The position numbers were made by a program, and so were the translations under genes. Shown piece by piece: positions 10,092 through 19,498 of a stretch of DNA of 37,883 nt. Source of the stretch: a virus (lineage: Duplodnaviria; Caudoviricetes); the IMG/VR virus record IMGVR_UViG_3300017909_002923, positions 1 through 37,883 of that record; one strand, 5' to 3'. Each line of letters starts with the position of its first letter. Position 1 is the stretch's first letter. Under the pieces are notes generated by a model. It ran no database searches, was not told the origin of the DNA, and worked only from the letters and a program-made list of their open reading frames with translations.

Positions 10092-11450
10092 ATGCATAAC
10101 GTAATATCTTACGACAAGCTCGTAGAAAAATGGTCCCCAGTTCTGAATGAAGAGTCTGCGGGTACAATTAAAGACGCACATAGAAGAGCAGTTACAGCTG
10201 CTATTCTAGAAAACCAAGAACAAGCACTAAAAGAAGAAGGTCTTTTACTAGAAACACCAGCTAACTCAAATGCTAGTGTAACTGGTGGACCAGGACAAGC
10301 GAACTGGGATCCAATCTTAATCGCACTCGTCAGACGTGCAATGCCAAATCTAATGGCATATGACATTTGTGGCGTTCAGCCAATGACTGGTCCAACTGGC
10401 TTGATTTTTGCAATGAAATCACGCTATAAAACAGCAAAAGCTGGTGCAGAAGTCAATACTGAAGCACTATTCAATGAGGCACTTACTAACTATTCAGGTG
10501 ACTCATCAACCGCATCTTTCAATACATCAGGTGGTACATCAGGTCTAGATGGTTTTACAGACGGTGATGGCGACAGCACAATTGCTGACTCAGCAACAGA
10601 TCCACTTGGATCAACTGACCCATATACCACAGCGGAAGCTGAAGCACTTGGTTCATCTGGCAATGAAGCATTTGCTGAGATGGGATTCACAATCGACAAA
10701 GCAACTGTGACTGCTAAGTCACGTGCTCTAAAGGCAGAATACAGCTTAGAATTAGCACAGGATCTAAAAGCGATTCATGGTCTTGATGCTGAAACTGAGT
10801 TGGCAAATATCTTGTCTACAGAGATTCTTGCTGAAATCAATCGTGAAGTTGTCCGTACTCTTAACTCACAAGCTAAAGTCGGTGCGCTTCAAACTAACAC
10901 AGCAATCAACGGTATCTTCAACGTACAGACAGATGCTGATGGTCGTTGGTCAGTTGAGAAGTTCAAAGGACTTATCCTTCAAATCGAAAGAGAAGCAAAC
11001 GTAATTGCAAAAGAGACACGTAGAGGTAAAGGTAACTTTATGGTCTGCTCATCTGATGTAGCTTCTGCGCTTTCTGCTTCAGGTATGTTGGACTATGCTC
11101 CTGCAATGGCGACTAACTTGAACGTCGATGATACTGGTAACACATTTGCTGGTACTCTTAACGGTCGTATGAGAGTCTACATCGACCCATACGCAACAGG
11201 CGATTACATCAACATCGGTTATAAGGGAACTAATCCATATGACGCAGGTGTATTCTATTGCCCATATGTACCGCTCACAATGGTACGTGCGGTCGGTGAA
11301 GACACATTCCAGCCAAAAATTGGTTTTAAGACACGCTATGGCATGGCTTCAAATCCATTCGTTGGAACTAACCCTGCAGACGGTTTGGCATCTGCTCGCA
11401 GTAACCAATACTATCGCATTTTCCGTGTTGATAACATCCTCGGCGCATAA
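10092..11450 (+). CDS. gp23: Major capsid protein
   Basis: LVRRAMPNL.AYDICGVQPMTGPTGLIFAM, KSRALKAEYS.ELAQDLKAIHGLDAE and FQPKIGFKTRYG motifs. Confidence 0.98.
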   Translation: MHNVISYDKLVEKWSPVLNEESAGTIKDAHRRAVTAAILENQEQALKEEGLLLETPANSNASVTGGPGQANWDPILIALVRRAMPNLMAYDICGVQPMTGPTGLIFAMKSRYKTAKAGAEVNTEALFNEALTNYSGDSSTASFNTSGGTSGLDGFTDGDGDSTIADSATDPLGSTDPYTTAEAEALGSSGNEAFAEMGFTIDKATVTAKSRALKAEYSLELAQDLKAIHGLDAETELANILSTEILAEINREVVRTLNSQAKVGALQTNTAINGIFNVQTDADGRWSVEKFKGLILQIEREANVIAKETRRGKGNFMVCSSDVASALSASGMLDYAPAMATNLNVDDTGNTFAGTLNGRMRVYIDPYATGDYINIGYKGTNPYDAGVFYCPYVPLTMVRAVGEDTFQPKIGFKTRYGMASNPFVGTNPADGLASARSNQYYRIFRVDNILGA

Positions 11451-11468
11451 TAAAAATTCTATATTTTT

Positions 11469-11495
11469 AAAGGAGGCTTCGGCCTCCTTTTTTTT
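11469..11495 (+). terminator. Rho-independent terminator with cUUCGg tetraloop after gp23
   Basis: AAAGGAGGC-TTCG-GCCTCCTTT followed by a T run. Confidence 0.92.
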
Positions 11496-11506
11496 ATCTT
11501 AAGTTG

Positions 11507-11514
11507 TATAAATA
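11507..11514 (+). promoter_or_regulatory. T4-type late promoter for gp3
   Basis: Exact TATAAATA 5 nt before the ATG, so the mRNA may be almost leaderless. Confidence 0.75.
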
Positions 11515-11519
11515 GAGTT

Positions 11520-12083
11520 ATGGCAGATTTAACACAAAATTTTAATTACTTACAACCTACATCGTTTAAATTATCGATTGATAGGAAAAATTATCCTAAC
11601 TTGCAATTTTTTTGTCAAAGCTTTCTACATCCAGGCATGATTATGAATGCTGTCGAAGTACCGTACAAAAAAATATCAGGTGTGCCGTTTATAGGCGATA
11701 AATTAATTTTTAATGAGATGCAAGCTAATATTCTTCTCGATGAAGACATGAAAGCATATGACGAAATGTATTCTTGGATGCGTAGAAATTTAGATATAGA
11801 TCACGTTATACCTAGTCAAAGAACTTCTTCTCAACCACCAGCCATGTCAGACATTACTTTATCTATTTTATCAAGCCATAATAATACTACTAAACAAATA
11901 AGATATATAGATTGTATACCAACGACTTTGACTGACATACAATTTGAATCTACTGCTGGAGGTGACACATTTATATCTTTTGGAGCGACTTTTAGATTTT
12001 CATATTTTGAAATGGTAGGTGCTAGTTATACATCAAACGTAGATGGTTCGCCATCGATAACAGTGAATAGAAATCTAGTATAA
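11520..12083 (+). CDS. gp3: Tail tube terminator / tail completion protein
   Basis: NYLQPTSF, QFFCQS, LLDEDMKAYDEMYSWM and DITLSILSSHNN motifs; follows gp23 as in marine T4-like phages. Confidence 0.85.
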   Translation: MADLTQNFNYLQPTSFKLSIDRKNYPNLQFFCQSFLHPGMIMNAVEVPYKKISGVPFIGDKLIFNEMQANILLDEDMKAYDEMYSWMRRNLDIDHVIPSQRTSSQPPAMSDITLSILSSHNNTTKQIRYIDCIPTTLTDIQFESTAGGDTFISFGATFRFSYFEMVGASYTSNVDGSPSITVNRNLV

Positions 12084-12086
12084 ATA
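12079..12086 (+). promoter_or_regulatory. T4-type late promoter for uvsY/uvsW
   Basis: Exact TATAAATA overlapping the gp3 stop codon. Confidence 0.7.
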
Positions 12087-12107
12087 TTTTTATAATTGGA
12101 GTATATA

Positions 12108-12554
12108 ATGATTGATTTGAAAAATATCCACGATATGTGGGCAAAAGACTGTATTATTGAAGATATGAAACTTGATGAATCGTCACGCCAAACACCTATT
12201 CTTCACGCAAAATATTTAGAATTATTATCAACTGTAAAGCTACAGTTGAAACGTGCTGAATTTTCTCAAAAGACTTTACTCAAACAAAAGTGGCTATATT
12301 ATAATGGTAAGATGGATCAGAGAACAGTTGAAGAACTTGGATGGAATCCGGATCCTTTTGATGGTCTTAAAATACTCAAAGGAGAAATGGATTATTATTA
12401 CGACAGTGATCCTGAAATTCAAAAGTCAGAAGAAAAAATACAGTACTATAAAACTCTAATTGAGACTCTTACTGACATTATAAGTAATATTACTTGGCGT
12501 CATCAAACAATAAAGAATATGATTGAATGGAAAAAATTCTCGTCCGGAAATTAA
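12108..12554 (+). CDS. uvsY: Recombination mediator UvsY
   Basis: W.KDC.I, P.LHAKYL, WLYYNGK and IKNMIEWKKF motifs; ATG 12108 follows GGAG. Confidence 0.9.
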   Translation: MIDLKNIHDMWAKDCIIEDMKLDESSRQTPILHAKYLELLSTVKLQLKRAEFSQKTLLKQKWLYYNGKMDQRTVEELGWNPDPFDGLKILKGEMDYYYDSDPEIQKSEEKIQYYKTLIETLTDIISNITWRHQTIKNMIEWKKFSSGN

Positions 12555-14023
12555 ATCACGCAAACTTACATGTTCAATGCGATAGTGGCACAGCTCAAGA
12601 ACTAAGAGAGTTTTTTTCTTTCTATGTTCCTGGATATAAGTTTATGCCAGCTTATCGTAATCGTATGTGGGATGGTAAGATACGTTTATACGACATTAAC
12701 ACCGGTGAGCTTCCGGCAGGTTTATTTTATCATTTAAATAAATTTTCAAACTCGAGAGGATATATAGTTGAGTCAGAAAAAACTAACTATGGAATGCCTC
12801 ACGAAAATGCTACAATTAATATTCAGCAACTTTCCGATTATATTGACAATCTCAGTCTACCTTTTCGTCCTTATTCATATCAGCTATCAGGCATTGAAGA
12901 AGGATTAAAAAGAAAAAGAGCTATTCTTATTTCACCTACAGGATCTGGCAAATCTTTAATAATTTATGTTCTTGTTAAGTATTGGCTCGAATTACTTACT
13001 GATGGATTAAAATATCCAAGAGGTGGTAAAGTATTAATTATTGTACCAACAACTGGATTAGTAGAGCAAATGTATGGTGATTTTAAATCATACGGTCAAG
13101 GCGAAAGAGGAATGCATCGTATATATTCAGGTAAAGATAAAACATTTGATGCTGCCATTTGTATATCAACCTGGCAATCGATTTATAAATTACCACGTGA
13201 TTGGTACCAGCAATTTGGTATGGTGATTGGTGATGAGTGTCATGGTTTTAAATCTAAGTCATTAATGAATATTATGAACAAAGCAACAGAAGCGGCATAC
13301 CGTTTCGGAACAACAGGAACTCTTGATGGAACTCAAACACATGAGCTGGTCTTACAAGGTCTCTTTGGACCAATATATCGAGTCACAACAACAAAAACCT
13401 TACAAGATAAAGACGTACTGGCAAAATTACATATCAAGCGAATTGTTTTGGATTATGGCAAAAAGGAACGATTGGACTTTGGACAAAGAACGTACATGGA
13501 CGAGATCGATTATATTGTCACAAACGTAAAAAGAAATAACTTTATAAAAAATTTAGCCATAGACCAAAAAGGCAATACATTAGTTCTTTACAACTACGTA
13601 GAAAAACATGGAAAGCCTCTTTTTAATCTTATTATAGATAAGGCTGATGAAAATAGAAAAGTGTTTTTTGTATCAGGACAAACAGACACTGAAGATAGAG
13701 AAGCAATAAGAGGGATAGTCGAAAAACAAAAAAACGCTATTATAGTGGCATCTCTTGGCACTTTTTCTACCGGTATAAATATTAGGAATCTGCATAATAT
13801 TATATTTGCTTCACCAAGTAAATCGCAGATAAGAGTTTTACAAAGCATAGGCAGAGGATTAAGAAAAAGCGAAGATGGAAAACCAACAAATTTATATGAT
13901 ATAACAGATGATATTAGTTGGAAGTCTCGTAAAAATTTTGCTCTTCAACACTCAGAAGAACGTTTGAAAATTTATGAAAAAGAAAAATTTAATCATAAAA
14001 CTTATAAGGTCGATATAACATGA
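12527..14023 (+). CDS. uvsW: SF2 DNA helicase UvsW
   Basis: WDGKIRL, SPTGSGKS, GDECH, GTTGTL and LQSIGRGLR motifs. Confidence 0.95.
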   Translation: MEKILVRKLNHANLHVQCDSGTAQELREFFSFYVPGYKFMPAYRNRMWDGKIRLYDINTGELPAGLFYHLNKFSNSRGYIVESEKTNYGMPHENATINIQQLSDYIDNLSLPFRPYSYQLSGIEEGLKRKRAILISPTGSGKSLIIYVLVKYWLELLTDGLKYPRGGKVLIIVPTTGLVEQMYGDFKSYGQGERGMHRIYSGKDKTFDAAICISTWQSIYKLPRDWYQQFGMVIGDECHGFKSKSLMNIMNKATEAAYRFGTTGTLDGTQTHELVLQGLFGPIYRVTTTKTLQDKDVLAKLHIKRIVLDYGKKERLDFGQRTYMDEIDYIVTNVKRNNFIKNLAIDQKGNTLVLYNYVEKHGKPLFNLIIDKADENRKVFFVSGQTDTEDREAIRGIVEKQKNAIIVASLGTFSTGINIRNLHNIIFASPSKSQIRVLQSIGRGLRKSEDGKPTNLYDITDDISWKSRKNFALQHSEERLKIYEKEKFNHKTYKVDIT

Positions 14024-14508
14024 CTGATTTAAAACAATTTAAATTAACAAATGACGAAGAAATTATATGTGAAGTACTTCAGTGGGACGATCCGGATAAT
14101 GCTGGCATGGTAGTTCGTGGTGCAATGCGAATTATATGCGCAGAAGATTTTCAGCGCGGTGTTCGTTTTTATGCCTTTCGACCTTGGATGGGGTTTACCG
14201 ATAATCCAGAAGAATTACTAACAATAAACTCGGCACACATCGTTTGTGAAATGAACCCGTCAAAAAAATTGATAGGACACTATATCGGCACAATTAAAGC
14301 AATTAAAAAAGCCATAGATAAAACAGATATGCCTCTTGACGATTTAGCACCAAAAGTCAGTGACATGGATGAAAATGAATTTCAATCTTTTTTAGATGAT
14401 TATCTTAGAGAAAGAAATATAGATATTTTTAATCCAGAAGATATTAAATCAGATTCTGATAATAGCGATAATGTAATAAAATTTAAACCAAAAGGAACTC
14501 TGCACTAA
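14020..14508 (+). CDS. Conserved hypothetical protein downstream of uvsW
   Basis: FKLTNDEEIICEV..RPWM N-terminal beta domain and NVIKFKPK.TLH C-terminus; coupled to uvsW. Confidence 0.65.
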   Translation: MTDLKQFKLTNDEEIICEVLQWDDPDNAGMVVRGAMRIICAEDFQRGVRFYAFRPWMGFTDNPEELLTINSAHIVCEMNPSKKLIGHYIGTIKAIKKAIDKTDMPLDDLAPKVSDMDENEFQSFLDDYLRERNIDIFNPEDIKSDSDNSDNVIKFKPKGTLH

Positions 14509-15137
14509 TGTCACATCTTATTTGCAACTTACCAAATCAAAAAGTATATGTAAGAAAAGAATATCTGTATGATTTAGAAAAAGGTCATGGCGAATTTGTT
14601 GAAGGACAATGGGTAACTGCTAAGTCGATAGCAGGAAGAGCGTTTTACTTCGAAACTTTTTTACCTGAGTACGGAGCACTTTTCGATAAACTACCCATAA
14701 GCGCCTTTCTCTCTGAACCGAAGCTTCCGGATCCAGATCTCGATCTCCCAAATTTGCAATTTTGGAACTGCATGGATTATGGAGTTACGTGTGTCCATAA
14801 GCAGTTTATTAGCAGCATGGATTTCGAAATAAGGCCGCGCGATTTTGATAATTTGAGGGGTACTTATATATGTACTTTGGATAACTATCATGTATCTGCA
14901 GATGAAGTTGATTATTCTACATCTGAAGTACCTGCTGAACATAAATCTTTTAATTTGCTGGAACTTGAAAATGGTCAATATTGTTTATATCCTAATAATA
15001 GAATGAGAGTATATGATAACTCTCTCACGCCAAAGGAACCTAAGACGCCGGATTTTAAAGTATCAACAGAATATTATCAAGTAGAAAATGGTAATGAATA
15101 TAGACTAGGTGATACCGAAGAATATTATTACGAGTGA
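14508..15137 (+). CDS. Conserved hypothetical protein of marine T4-like phages
   Basis: 209-aa ORF with VYVRKEYLYD, GALFDKLPISAF and YPNNRMR motifs; function unknown. Confidence 0.7.
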   Translation: MSHLICNLPNQKVYVRKEYLYDLEKGHGEFVEGQWVTAKSIAGRAFYFETFLPEYGALFDKLPISAFLSEPKLPDPDLDLPNLQFWNCMDYGVTCVHKQFISSMDFEIRPRDFDNLRGTYICTLDNYHVSADEVDYSTSEVPAEHKSFNLLELENGQYCLYPNNRMRVYDNSLTPKEPKTPDFKVSTEYYQVENGNEYRLGDTEEYYYE

Positions 15138-15169
15138 GGTAGTATTCCTTCCCTCCAAAGTAATACTTT

Positions 15170-15198
15170 ATTATACCACAGAAAATGATTTTCGTAAA
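15170..15198 (-). promoter_or_regulatory. Sigma70-type promoter on the minus strand with no downstream ORF
   Basis: Reverse complement reads GTTTACG-N17 (ending TGTGG)-TATAAT, the same pattern as the + strand early promoters. Confidence 0.65.
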
Positions 15199-15233
15199 CT
15201 CCTATTTTTTTGTGTGAATGCAAAATAAAAATA

Positions 15234-15262
15234 TATACAATATCAACTGTTTATGGTATAAT
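15234..15262 (+). promoter_or_regulatory. Early/middle sigma70-type promoter for gp55
   Basis: TATACA-N17-TATAAT with TGG immediately before the -10 box. Confidence 0.7.
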
Positions 15263-15288
15263 ATAATTATAGAATGAAAGGACATGTG

Positions 15289-15888
15289 ATGGCTCGTCAA
15301 AAAAGAAAAAGCATTCACTATGTAAATAATGCTGACTTTTCTCAAGCTGTAGTAGAATATGTTGGGACAGTTAACGAAGCTCGTAAAAACAATACAGAAA
15401 TTCCTAAAGTAACTGATTATATAGCGCATTGCTTTTTAAGAATAGCTGAAGGATTATCTCATAAAGCTAACTTTATACGTTACACATATCGTGAAGAAAT
15501 GGTAATGGATGCGGTTGAAAATTGTTTAAAAGCTATTCTTAATTACGATATTGAAGCAGCGACTAGAACTGGTAAACCAAATGCTTTTGCTTACTTTACA
15601 CAAATCACATGGTACGCTTTCCTTCGAAGAATAGCAAAAGAAAAGAAACAGCAAGATGTTAAGATGAAATATTTAACAGCTTCTGGTATAGAAAATTTTA
15701 TAATTAATGAAAATGGTGATGATACGAGCAATCAAGTTGTAGGAGCTTTTGTTGATACATTGAGAGATCGTATAGATAAAGTAAAAGTTTATGATACTGA
15801 AATAAAAGAATATTCTAAAAAAGTAACAAAGAAAAGAAAAAAAAGAGCAGTACATGCTGATTCAGATTTAAGCGAGTTTATGCAATGA
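15289..15888 (+). CDS. gp55: Late-transcription sigma factor
   Basis: HYVNN.DF, IAEGLSHK.NF.RYTYREEMVMDAVENCL and NAFAYFTQI..YAFLRRI.KEKKQ motifs. Start is 15289 (after AAGGA) or 15274. Confidence 0.95.
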   Translation: MARQKRKSIHYVNNADFSQAVVEYVGTVNEARKNNTEIPKVTDYIAHCFLRIAEGLSHKANFIRYTYREEMVMDAVENCLKAILNYDIEAATRTGKPNAFAYFTQITWYAFLRRIAKEKKQQDVKMKYLTASGIENFIINENGDDTSNQVVGAFVDTLRDRIDKVKVYDTEIKEYSKKVTKKRKKRAVHADSDLSEFMQ

Positions 15889-16067
15889 AAAAAACAAGAA
15901 TGTATCAAGTCACTGTCGAAGGTTCTGGTGAAGATTTAGAAATAGAATTTCCGGAAGAGATAGTAAAAGAACAAGGATGGAAACCAGGCGATACGCTTGA
16001 GTGGATTATACACGATGATTATGTTATATTGAGAAAAGGACCAAATGAAAGTAGCGATACTGAATGA
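15885..16067 (+). CDS. AbrB/MazE/SpoVT-like small DNA-binding protein
   Basis: IEFPEEIVKEQGWKPGDTLEW..YVILRK matches the swapped-hairpin pattern IP..(I/L)...(L/G)..GD.(L/V). Confidence 0.65.
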   Translation: MKKTRMYQVTVEGSGEDLEIEFPEEIVKEQGWKPGDTLEWIIHDDYVILRKGPNESSDTE

Positions 16068-17106
16068 TACACACTGCGGCATTCGTAATTCTTCTGAAAT
16101 ATTTTTGAATAACGCAGCTGACTTTTATGATAATGTATTCTTTCCAGAATGCGAAAAAAGAGGAATAAAACAAATATTACATTTAGGTGATTACTATGAT
16201 CATCGTAAGTTTGTTAACTTCAAAGCACTAAATCATAATCGTAAACATTTCTTAAATGAATTAAGAACTCGAGGCATGTCTATGGATATTATTCCAGGCA
16301 ACCACGACACGTATTATAAAAATACAAATGATCTTAATTCATTGAAAGAATGTTTAGGCCATTACATGAATGAGATCCATATCATTATGGAGCCTACTGT
16401 TATGGAATACGGCTCATTAAAAATAGCGTTAGTACCTTGGATATGTAACGAAAATTACGATCAAATCATGAATTTTATTAATGAGTGTAAAGCTGACTGG
16501 TGTGCTGCTCACCTCGAACTAGGCGGATTTGAGTTGATGAGAGGCGTAGAATCGCATGGCGGTATGAATCACAAACTATTTAGTAAGTTCGAACTCGTGC
16601 TTACAGGTCATTTTCATTGTTCTTCACGCAAAGATAACGTATGGTATCTTGGTAGCCAAATGGAATTCTTCTGGTCAGATGCTCATGATCCAAAGTATTT
16701 TCATATAGTCGATACGGAAACTCGTGAAATAGAAAAAATTAAAAATAATTATACTTTGTTTGAAAAAATTGTGTACAACGATGAAAAAATAGATTATAAT
16801 AGTTATGATGTATCTAACCTTGATAAAAAATTTGTGAAGGTAACGGTAGTGAATAAGTCGGATGCTTTTATTTTTGATAGATTTATCGATCGTATTCAAA
16901 ACCAAGATATCTATGAACTTAAAATTGCTGAAAACTTTAATGAGTTTATTGGTGATAACGTAAATGATGAAGGATTAGATATTGAAGATACAACACAACT
17001 CGTCGACGATTATATCGAAGGCGTTGACACTGACTTGGATAAAGATCGTATAAAGGTAAATATGCGAGAACTTATGACGGAAGCACAGGCTTTAGAAATA
17101 GCATGA
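16045..17106 (+). CDS. gp47: Recombination endonuclease subunit (Mre11/SbcD-like)
   Basis: DTHCG, HLGDYYD, PGNHD and TGHFH metallophosphoesterase motifs. Confidence 0.95.
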   Translation: MKVAILNDTHCGIRNSSEIFLNNAADFYDNVFFPECEKRGIKQILHLGDYYDHRKFVNFKALNHNRKHFLNELRTRGMSMDIIPGNHDTYYKNTNDLNSLKECLGHYMNEIHIIMEPTVMEYGSLKIALVPWICNENYDQIMNFINECKADWCAAHLELGGFELMRGVESHGGMNHKLFSKFELVLTGHFHCSSRKDNVWYLGSQMEFFWSDAHDPKYFHIVDTETREIEKIKNNYTLFEKIVYNDEKIDYNSYDVSNLDKKFVKVTVVNKSDAFIFDRFIDRIQNQDIYELKIAENFNEFIGDNVNDEGLDIEDTTQLVDDYIEGVDTDLDKDRIKVNMRELMTEAQALEIA

Positions 17107-18815
17107 TATTATTTAAGACAGTTAAATACAAGAATTTTCTATCATCAGGAAATTCTTTTACAGAGATCAATCTAAATGACACAAAGTCAACACTGGTTGT
17201 AGGTCAAAACGGTGCGGGTAAATCCACTATGTTGGATGCCATCTCATTCGCTCTCTTTGGCAAACCACATCGTAACATCAACAAAAACCAGTTGATTAAT
17301 TCGATTAATCAAAAAGCATGTGTTGTTGAGATTGAATTTAGCATAGGAAGCGCGGTCTTTAGAATTGTACGTGGCATAAAACCAGGAATCTTCGAGATCT
17401 GGAAAAATGGTACTATGATCAACCAATCTTCTCATGCTAAAGAATATCAGAAGATCCTCGAACAAAATATCCTCAAACTAAATCATAAGTCCTTTCATCA
17501 AGTTGTTGTATTGGGTTCCTCCTCTTTCATTCCCTTTATGCAACTTGCAGCTGGACACAGGCGAGAGGTTATCGAGGATCTTCTTGATATTAATGTGTTT
17601 TCGAAAATGAATCAAATATTACGTGATAAGCAGAGCGTACTGAAAGATCAATTAAAAGATTTATCATATCAAATAGATATAACTAAAAATAAAATTGATA
17701 CTCAAAAAAAATATATTACAGACATACAAACATTAACACAAGAGAATAAAAAAGAATATGAATCTAGGATACATGAATCGCAGGATAGTATCGATGAATT
17801 ACAAACTGCGAATAGTGAGCTTAGCCTGGGCCTCGACGAATCTATTCGAGAAACCGAGAAAAGGCTTTCGACTTTACATGATCAACGCCAAGAATTATTG
17901 CTCGGAAGTCAAGATCGGCAAACAAATATCACCAACATCAGCAAGCGGATCAAATTTTTCGATGAGAATGAGGCGTGTCCCACATGTGAGCAAACCCTTT
18001 CAAACAGCCATAAATCTCATGTATTGGAAACGCTCGAAGGAGAGAGACGGACTCACAAGAGTGCGCTTAAGCAAATCGGTGAGACAGGCACGAGCGTGGA
18101 AAAAGAGATTAAAGAGACCGGACGCATACTTGAATCGTTACGATCTAAATTATCTGAACTCAGTCAAAACAACGTCAAGATTACTGGACTCCAAAAACAA
18201 ATTAAAGAATACCAGTTATATCTCGAAAAAGGTGTAAGTGCAGACCTACGAACCGCAGAACTAGATTTAGAAAGTTTAAACGAAAGACGTAACTCTTTAC
18301 TTGAAAATAAATTTTCATTATCAGAAGATATATCTTATAACACAGTTATGAGTGAAATGCTTAAAGATACTGGCATAAAAACTAAAATTATTAAACAGTA
18401 TTTGCCTGTTATAAACAAATTAGTTAATCAGTATCTTCAAGTACTTGATTTCTTTGTACACTTTGATCTTGATGAATCATTTCAAGAAACTATTCGATCA
18501 AGACATCGAGACGAATTTACATATGACTCTTTTAGCGAAGGCGAAAAACAAAGAATAGATTTAGCATTATTATTTACTTGGCGTCAAATAGCTAAAATGA
18601 AAAATTCAGTTGCAACTAATCTTCTTATCCTTGATGAAACGTTTGATTCAAGTTTAGATCATGAAGGTGTGGATAATCTTCTTAAAATTTTGCACACTCT
18701 TTCTGACGATACTAACATATTTGTCATATCTCACAAAGGTGAAATTCTTGACGGTAAGTTCAATATGAAAATAGAATTTAAAAAGGAAAAGAATTTTAGC
18801 AAAATGGTAGCATGA
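17103..18815 (+). CDS. gp46: Recombination ATPase subunit (Rad50/SbcC-like)
   Basis: GQNGAGKS, CPTC zinc hook, FSEGEKQRIDL signature, LILDETFD and ISH motifs. Confidence 0.96.
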   Translation: MILFKTVKYKNFLSSGNSFTEINLNDTKSTLVVGQNGAGKSTMLDAISFALFGKPHRNINKNQLINSINQKACVVEIEFSIGSAVFRIVRGIKPGIFEIWKNGTMINQSSHAKEYQKILEQNILKLNHKSFHQVVVLGSSSFIPFMQLAAGHRREVIEDLLDINVFSKMNQILRDKQSVLKDQLKDLSYQIDITKNKIDTQKKYITDIQTLTQENKKEYESRIHESQDSIDELQTANSELSLGLDESIRETEKRLSTLHDQRQELLLGSQDRQTNITNISKRIKFFDENEACPTCEQTLSNSHKSHVLETLEGERRTHKSALKQIGETGTSVEKEIKETGRILESLRSKLSELSQNNVKITGLQKQIKEYQLYLEKGVSADLRTAELDLESLNERRNSLLENKFSLSEDISYNTVMSEMLKDTGIKTKIIKQYLPVINKLVNQYLQVLDFFVHFDLDESFQETIRSRHRDEFTYDSFSEGEKQRIDLALLFTWRQIAKMKNSVATNLLILDETFDSSLDHEGVDNLLKILHTLSDDTNIFVISHKGEILDGKFNMKIEFKKEKNFSKMVA

Positions 18816-19471
18816 CAAATATAGTAATTTCTTTACATAGAACTGGATCAACTTGGATAAGTCGTTATGCCTCTGCAAATTTTGCTAAACCCCCACGACC
18901 TATAGATCCATATTTTTATTTAAAAGCAAAACAATTTGTTGGTAATTTAAATCCATGGACTCAAGAATGGCTAAGTATGTTGTGCGATGTATATGGCGTT
19001 GAGGTTGCATTATTGATAGTAGAAAATTATAATAAGGAATATTTTTTAAAAATACATACATCCCAAATTTATCGTCACGGTATAGACAACTGGTTTAGAG
19101 AATATTATAAAAATTATAATAAAGTAAAAATAATCAACAAAAATTCTTGGAGAATGTTTACTAGCAGAATATTCGCTTTTAATGAAGAAGAAAAAAATTT
19201 AAAAGATTTAAATAAATTAATAGATAAATTTGTTAAAGATTACATTTACTATTTAAATTATGATTTTTATGATTGTACAATTGATTATAATTTAATTAAT
19301 CATGATTGGTTAAATTTTCATTTTAATTGCAACTTAGAATATCAAGAAAATATAAGAGAAAATTATGAGAAACGCCTATTTGATAAAGCTATAGATTATA
19401 AAGAGTTAAAATATAAATTGTATGATTCTTTTAAAAATTATGGTTTACAATTAAGTGACTATATGATATAA
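18812..19471 (+). CDS. Putative sulfotransferase-fold protein
   Basis: N-terminal VISLHRTGSTW resembles the 5'-PAPS-binding loop, with a later LKIH motif; very AT-rich. Confidence 0.5.
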   Translation: MTNIVISLHRTGSTWISRYASANFAKPPRPIDPYFYLKAKQFVGNLNPWTQEWLSMLCDVYGVEVALLIVENYNKEYFLKIHTSQIYRHGIDNWFREYYKNYNKVKIINKNSWRMFTSRIFAFNEEEKNLKDLNKLIDKFVKDYIYYLNYDFYDCTIDYNLINHDWLNFHFNCNLEYQENIRENYEKRLFDKAIDYKELKYKLYDSFKNYGLQLSDYMI

Positions 19472-19472
19472 T
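19444..19472 (+). promoter_or_regulatory. Early/middle promoter for gp45
   Basis: TTTACA-N17-TATAAT. Confidence 0.75.
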
Positions 19473-19498
19473 TATAATATGTTTAAATGGAGTACATT

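Noticed and set aside
3446-11004. Numerous minus-strand and alternate-frame ORFs (60-159 aa) within gp18, gp20, gp21, gp22 and gp23
   Set aside because: Explained by codon bias of highly expressed genes; Ser/Ala/Leu-rich translations with no promoter or SD support.
15202-15429. Minus-strand 75-aa ORF as a possible product of the antisense promoter
   Set aside because: It lies upstream of that promoter and is antisense to gp55, so it cannot be transcribed from it.
17758-18237. 159-aa alternate-frame ORF in a slightly GC-richer part of gp46 (possible intein, intron or overprinted gene)
   Set aside because: gp46 reads continuously through coiled-coil and the CPTC zinc hook at normal length; no splicing or endonuclease motifs.
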